Virus record (IMG/VR): IMGVR_UViG_3300022719_000039 | Coordinates: 18,935-82,934 of that record | Reading direction: 5' to 3' (one strand) | DNA length: 64,000 bases | Source of the DNA: a virus | In this document: positions 59,455 to 64,000 of the stretch, piece after piece | Numbering within the stretch: position 1 is the stretch's first letter | How the letters are laid out: each line of letters starts with the position of its first letter | Notes under the pieces: generated by a model | What the model saw: only the letters and a program-made list of their open reading frames with translations | Databases searched by the model: none | What the model was told of the DNA's origin: nothing | Translations under genes and position numbers: made by a program

Positions 59455-60425
59455 AGTTATTAGATTATTACAAAAGACCTGAAATTTCAAAGAGTGATTT
59501 AGTCTTATTTAATACAGTAGGGCCTAACAAGTTTAACTTTATAAAACAGGAGCAGTTCCTAAGATTGGAAAGTTCTCCAATAGAGGAAAGTAAAAGTTTA
59601 AAGAAAGGTAAAGCTTTACATGCTGCTATACTTGAACCAAAAGTGTTTAAAGAATTTTATGTGCCTGTAGAATATGAAACACCTAAGTCACCGCAACAGA
59701 TAAAGTTTTGTAATTTAGTAGTAGACAAGTTATCAATGCAAGTTCCATTGGATAAGTCTATATTGGAATCTGCAAAAGAATCTTATTCCAGTAAGAATAA
59801 GTCTAATAGTGATATGTATAGTACGGGCATAGGTTTATATGAGCATTTAGAAAGTTACATTGATTTTCTAAAATTTTCAAAGACTGATGAGATTGTTATT
59901 CTAACTAAGAAAGAGCATGAATACATATTGGGAGCTAAGGACGCTTTAGAAAAAGATCCGGTTACTAAAGATATTCTATATCATAAGCTTGAGGAATCTT
60001 TTGTAGAGGAAGAGATTTACTGGACAAGAGGTAATATGGACTTGAAGTCCAAGTTAGACAAGCTTGATATAGATTTTAGTAAGAAATATGCCGTGCTTAC
60101 TGATCTTAAAACTACAAAAGCACCAAATCCCAGTAGTTTTATTTGGGAAGTAAACAGATATAAAATACACTGGCAGGTTGATTACTATAAACATGCTATT
60201 ACTTGGAAATATCCAGAGCTGGAAAAGATATACAATAGAATAGTAACAGTAGAATTACAACCTCCTTTTGATCATTGTGTGTATAGTGTTGGTAGAGAAA
60301 AACTGCAAACTGCTTTTATAGAGTGGAGTAAAGTTCTGGAAGAGTTAGAATGGCACTATATAAACAATGTTTGGCAGGACAAAGATTACTATGAGAATAA
60401 GCTTGTAATAATAGATGAAGAATAA
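59433..60425 (+). CDS. PD-(D/E)XK exonuclease (RecE/ExoVIII-like, DUF3799-like)
   Basis: ISKSDL, GKALHAAILEP, KSKLDKL, TDLKTT, QVDYY. Confidence 0.85.
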   Translation: METTEQVKLLDYYKRPEISKSDLVLFNTVGPNKFNFIKQEQFLRLESSPIEESKSLKKGKALHAAILEPKVFKEFYVPVEYETPKSPQQIKFCNLVVDKLSMQVPLDKSILESAKESYSSKNKSNSDMYSTGIGLYEHLESYIDFLKFSKTDEIVILTKKEHEYILGAKDALEKDPVTKDILYHKLEESFVEEEIYWTRGNMDLKSKLDKLDIDFSKKYAVLTDLKTTKAPNPSSFIWEVNRYKIHWQVDYYKHAITWKYPELEKIYNRIVTVELQPPFDHCVYSVGREKLQTAFIEWSKVLEELEWHYINNVWQDKDYYENKLVIIDEE

Positions 60426-60437
60426 ATTAATCATCTA

Positions 60438-60540
60438 ACGAATTAATATAAAGAAAAATACAATAGTTGGCAATGAATTAAGAAAACAAAGAGTCAAAGA
60501 AAAACAATGAATTATGAGAACCAATTTTCAATACAATTAA
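60438..60540 (+). ncRNA. TIGR-like array block 3 (3 units, remote from the tas-like gene)
   Basis: ACGAATTA 60438, ATGAATTA 60473 and 60507. Same 9-nt/loop/9-nt layout, followed by degenerate ATGTTTAT at 60541. Confidence 0.78.
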
Positions 60541-60571
60541 ATGTTTATTTTAAACTAAAACTAATAAAATT

Positions 60572-60970
60572 ATGAAAAAGCTAGCATTATTAATTATCGC
60601 ATTTGTATTCTTTAGTGTTGTAGAAGCCCAGAACACAGGACAAATAAACGATGATGTGTTTAAACCTTCTAATAACATACTTCTCTCCAATGAGGTAATG
60701 ATCTTTAAAGGTGGTAAGTATCAAGGTAGTATTGTTATAGAGAGAATAGATTACGGGTTTTCAGAACAAATAAATATATTCGATGGAATATTTGATGACA
60801 ATATTAAAAGGAATGAGGATGCTTATTACGGCATTGATAGCTATAACAATAATAATTATAATAACACGAACTATAACTATGGCAGCAAAGGAGAACAAAA
60901 AAGACAAATAAATCCTTCTACTAACCCTGATTATAGACTAGCTGAAAGTTTGTTGAATTTAAGTAAATAA
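60572..60970 (+). CDS. Secreted/periplasmic protein with a signal peptide and Asn-rich tract
   Basis: MKKLALLIIAFVFFSVVEA|Q, a Bacteroidota-style SPI cleavage site. Confidence 0.65.
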   Translation: MKKLALLIIAFVFFSVVEAQNTGQINDDVFKPSNNILLSNEVMIFKGGKYQGSIVIERIDYGFSEQINIFDGIFDDNIKRNEDAYYGIDSYNNNNYNNTNYNYGSKGEQKRQINPSTNPDYRLAESLLNLSK

Positions 60971-60972
60971 CA

Positions 60973-61200
60973 ATGTACTTTAAGGTCGATCTTAATGCCA
61001 AAAGGTTTGAAGAATTGATAGAAGACTTAAAGAGGAATAGTATAGAAGAAGCTCAACTACGCAAAGTTGTTGAGCTTCTTCTTAAAAAGTTTTCAGAGGA
61101 ATTTTTTAGTTACTATACAGACATAACAACTAAAGGTTTGCCAGAAGATAATCTCAAGGTAGTGAATGATATGATTAAAAATCATAAACCCCTTTCTTAA
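60973..61200 (+). CDS. Hypothetical protein
   Basis: Co-oriented ORF. Confidence 0.5.
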   Translation: MYFKVDLNAKRFEELIEDLKRNSIEEAQLRKVVELLLKKFSEEFFSYYTDITTKGLPEDNLKVVNDMIKNHKPLS

Positions 61201-61321
61201 TGTCTTCAATAGCCCTTTCGATCTGGATGAACTTTTGTAGCTTTTCTAACTGCTTCAAAAGTTTTCCATCCAAACTAAAGTTACTTACTTTCCTTACAGG
61301 AGTTTTGATTTTAGTCAACAT
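61175..61321 (-). CDS. Small ribbon-helix-helix-like ORF, 48 aa
   Basis: Manual translation MLTKIKTPVRKVSNFSLDGKLLKQLEKLQKFIQIERAIEDIKKGVYDF. Confidence 0.4.
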   Translation of the reverse strand: MLTKIKTPVRKVSNFSLDGKLLKQLEKLQKFIQIERAIEDIKKGVYDF

Positions 61322-61443
61322 AACACAACAAAATTATGAAATAAATTTTACTTAAACAATAAAAATAATTCTAATATTTGTTATATTCACAATAGCAACT
61401 ATAACGGCATAAACAGTTGTTAAATACTTAAATAACATGAAAA

Positions 61444-61743
61444 TTGTCAAGAATTATTTGGGGAGAAGAAAATGCTAAGAGGCGGTTTTTGTCTCCCGAA
61501 GAGAAAAAAAAGAAAAATAAGTACAAAAGATTGAAAAGTAAGTATAAATTAATATCCTTTGACTATAAAGAATTAATTAAGGAAACAGAAAAGGTTATAG
61601 TAGTACAGTGTAAGTACTCTTTGATGCCTACCTTTGTAAATAAAAAATTCATAGCTAAAATCAATAGGGTTAGCAAGAAGATAACTATACCTATGACCTT
61701 ATATAGATATTTATTTTATGACCATGAACAATTTTACGAGTAA
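61444..61743 (+). CDS. Hypothetical basic protein
   Basis: Co-oriented ORF. Confidence 0.45.
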   Translation: MSRIIWGEENAKRRFLSPEEKKKKNKYKRLKSKYKLISFDYKELIKETEKVIVVQCKYSLMPTFVNKKFIAKINRVSKKITIPMTLYRYLFYDHEQFYE

Positions 61744-62518
61744 TACAGAAACATGGAAAGAATGGCTAGAAGAAGAATGGAACAAAGATTACATGAAGGA
61801 AATATTAGCCAAAGTAAACACTGTTAGAAAAAAGACAGAAGTATATCCTGATCATAAAGATATACTTAAAGCATTTAAATGTCCTATTGATAAGTTAAAG
61901 GTAGTAATTATAGGACAAGACCCTTACTACCAGAGAGGAGTTGCAGATGGACTAGCTTTTAGTACCATGCAGGATAAACGGCCAGTAACTTTAATGATAG
62001 CTTTTAAAGAAATAGCTAACTCTATATATGATTGTAACGATCCTTTATGTTATTCAAAACTATTTCCTACTAATGATCTAACTTATTGGGTAGAGCAGGG
62101 TGTATTTCTCTTTAACGCTGCACTTACTGTACAAGGAGGTTACCCTAGTTCTCATGTAGAATTATGGAAACCTTTTACTATGAAAGTAGTAGAAAGGATA
62201 ATGGAAATAAGGAAACCTATTGTATGGATGCTTTGGGGAAGAAAAGCCCAAAATATAATACCCGATGAAGAGCAAGATTTATTTTCAGTTTATAGAAATC
62301 CTACACACTTGTATATAAGTAGTTGTCACCCCGTAGCAGAATCAAGAGGAACCGGTACTTTTTTAGGTACGGGAGTATTTAAAAAGACAAACGACTTTCT
62401 TCTAAAGCATTATGGTGAGATTATTGACTGGAAAACAAATAAGGACAATATAGATGATGCCTACCACTTTACTGAAATTAAGAATCAGGCAAAAGATATG
62501 CCCAAGCTAAGAAAGTAA
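61718..62518 (+). CDS. ung: Uracil-DNA glycosylase (family 1)
   Basis: KVVIIGQDPY, ADGLAFS, WVEQGVFLFNAALTV, MLWGRKAQ, CHP. Confidence 0.93.
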   Translation: MTMNNFTSNTETWKEWLEEEWNKDYMKEILAKVNTVRKKTEVYPDHKDILKAFKCPIDKLKVVIIGQDPYYQRGVADGLAFSTMQDKRPVTLMIAFKEIANSIYDCNDPLCYSKLFPTNDLTYWVEQGVFLFNAALTVQGGYPSSHVELWKPFTMKVVERIMEIRKPIVWMLWGRKAQNIIPDEEQDLFSVYRNPTHLYISSCHPVAESRGTGTFLGTGVFKKTNDFLLKHYGEIIDWKTNKDNIDDAYHFTEIKNQAKDMPKLRK

Positions 62519-62646
62519 TGAATAGTTATGATGTCAAATAGGTATCTGGTAAGAAGTAAAGAAATAGGAGGTCAACGAACTTTATCATAATGAGGGATAA
62601 AAATGATTTAAAATGAGTTGGCCTCCTTTAATAATCGTCCTATCTG

Positions 62647-63099
62647 ATGAAGCGATATCGTAATGAACTTTTAAAAAATATAAAAATGAGCGTAGGCAAA
62701 AAAGTAAATATTCAACTACATAGTGGAAGTCCACAAAGATCAAGAAGAAAACTTGACTATTATCCTACACCACCAGAAGTGACAAAAGCACTAATGGACT
62801 TCCTTCAATTAGAACCAATGAAAATATGGGAATGTGCTTGTGATGATCTTTCTATGAGTAAAGTCTTAGAAAGTTACGGACACACTGTAATCAGTACAGG
62901 CATTGAACAAGGAACAGACTATTTAAAATCAACACAAGTTTGTGATGCGATCATCACGAATCCACCGTTCAGTCAAAGTGCTGATTTTATACAAAAGGCT
63001 TTGAGTGAAGCAAAAATCGTAGCCATGTTATTGAAAAGTCAATATTGGCACGCAAGAAAAAGGTGTGTTTATGGCTATTATAAAAAGATTGAATTATGA
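62647..63099 (+). pseudogene. N6/N4 DNA methyltransferase, apparently C-terminally truncated
   Basis: DYYPTPPE, IWECAC and IITNPPF are present, but the ORF ends shortly after SQYWHARKR. Confidence 0.6.
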
Positions 63100-63335
63100 T
63101 TGATTGGCTACAAAAAAATAAGAGCTTTTTAAGTATCAGGGCAATAGAGCAGCATCTTGAAATGCCTGATAGTACTTTGATAAAAGCTGTAAATGGTTCG
63201 CAGAATTTACCAAAGAAATACGAGGAACGTTTAAGTAAGTTCTTAATGGTTTTGTTCAATGGGGTTGTGAAAAAAGAAAATATTGGTTCACCGAATGTAC
63301 AATATGTTAGTAGGCAGAAAAGTAAAAATCTATGA
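63096..63335 (+). CDS. Small HTH-like DNA-binding protein
   Basis: LSIRAIEQHLEMPDSTLIKAVNG. Confidence 0.55.
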   Translation: MIDWLQKNKSFLSIRAIEQHLEMPDSTLIKAVNGSQNLPKKYEERLSKFLMVLFNGVVKKENIGSPNVQYVSRQKSKNL

Positions 63336-63673
63336 AAAAGTTATTTTATTACCTCCTCAGATTATTGTTTGCTCCTTTACCGCTTTACAAACCAGAGCTT
63401 TGGTATTTTAATCCTGAAACAGGCAAGTTTGAATGGATGACCTGTGAAAAAATACGCAGAACACTTACAGAAATAGACGTAGATGAAAACGGCTTTTACA
63501 TTGCTTCCATGAGAGGTAAACTCAGACCAGGTAAATACACCACAAAGGTAGCAGCAAAACATAGTTATCTTTTCAGTGATGAAGAACTGATTCAAATCAT
63601 GAAAGATAAGAAGCTAGAGCCTATTACTGAGAAGGATTTTGAGGTATTTATGATGAGACTTTTCGATGACTAA
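63332..63673 (+). CDS. Hypothetical protein
   Basis: ATGA-coupled ORF. Confidence 0.55.
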   Translation: MKKLFYYLLRLLFAPLPLYKPELWYFNPETGKFEWMTCEKIRRTLTEIDVDENGFYIASMRGKLRPGKYTTKVAAKHSYLFSDEELIQIMKDKKLEPITEKDFEVFMMRLFDD

Positions 63674-63734
63674 TTATGCAAGACGATCAAACTAAATTAA
63701 AGTGCTAAGTGCTTGACCACAAAACTAAATTAGA

Positions 63735-63938
63735 ATGAAAGTATTAATAGCTTGCGAAGAGAGCCAAACGGTGACGAAGGCTTTTAGAAAAAACGGATTT
63801 GAAGCATTTAGCTGTGATATATTGCCGTGTTCTGGTGGGCATCCTGAATGGCATATACAAGGCGATGTACTTGCATTTGAAGGGCTCGCACAAGCTATGG
63901 CAGTCCAATGGGGAGGTTTCTTAAAAGCACGGACGTAG
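63735..63938 (+). pseudogene. Internally deleted phage cytosine-methyltransferase-like gene
   Basis: The family N-terminus MKVLIACEESQTVTKAFR...HIQGDVL is joined directly to the family C-terminus FEGLAQAMAVQWG. Confidence 0.7.
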
Positions 63939-64000
63939 CCATATTGTGTACAACATTAAAAATAAAACCCGTATGGATTTTAAAGAAAGATTGACAATAA

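Noticed and set aside
59433-60425. Cas4 acting as spacer-acquisition nuclease for the neighbouring array
   Set aside because: It lacks the Cas4 Fe-S cysteine cluster and fits a RecE-like exonuclease partnering the RecT-like gene. Adjacency alone is not enough.
35736-63595. Minus-strand ORFs listed over the early/replication module (e.g. 37551-37880, 42393-42722, 62987-63259)
   Set aside because: They are antisense shadows of well-supported plus-strand genes.
1-64000. Stop-codon reassignment, as in some crAss-like phages
   Set aside because: Core genes are full length in the standard code, TAG and TGA both end genes at sensible positions, and no suppressor tRNA was recognised.

Overview
About 64 kb of an AT-rich crAss-like (Crassvirales-type) podophage genome. 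The host is probably a Bacteroidota, judged from TAnnTTTG promoters and A-rich, mostly SD-less translation starts. The code is standard and no tRNAs were seen. The minus strand (1-35.2 kb) is the virion module: a giant (>3,620 aa, cut off by the window edge) virion RNA polymerase polyprotein with a DFDVD catalytic motif and an HExxH zincin domain, then cargo proteins, muzzle/ring tail proteins, IHF-like protein, MCP, scaffold, portal and TerL. At 35.2-39.1 kb there is a strand switch and a repeat- and hairpin-rich control region (possible ori or genome terminus). The plus strand (39-64 kb) is the early/replication module: beta-clamp, PolA, helicases, recombinase, primase, RusA, ligase, RecE-like exonuclease, UDG and methylase remnants. 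Main finding: a TIGR-Tas-like RNA-guided system. A 320-aa IS110/Nop-domain protein with an N-terminal HNH-like motif (55288-56250) is followed by a cryptic, highly AT-rich dual-spacer array: edge repeat ATGAATTA, 9-nt spacer, loop ending in TCA-like, 9-nt spacer, A. The array is split into three blocks (56271-56564, 56763-56867, 60438-60540) with 14 parseable units. All calls are from motif reading; no database searches were run.
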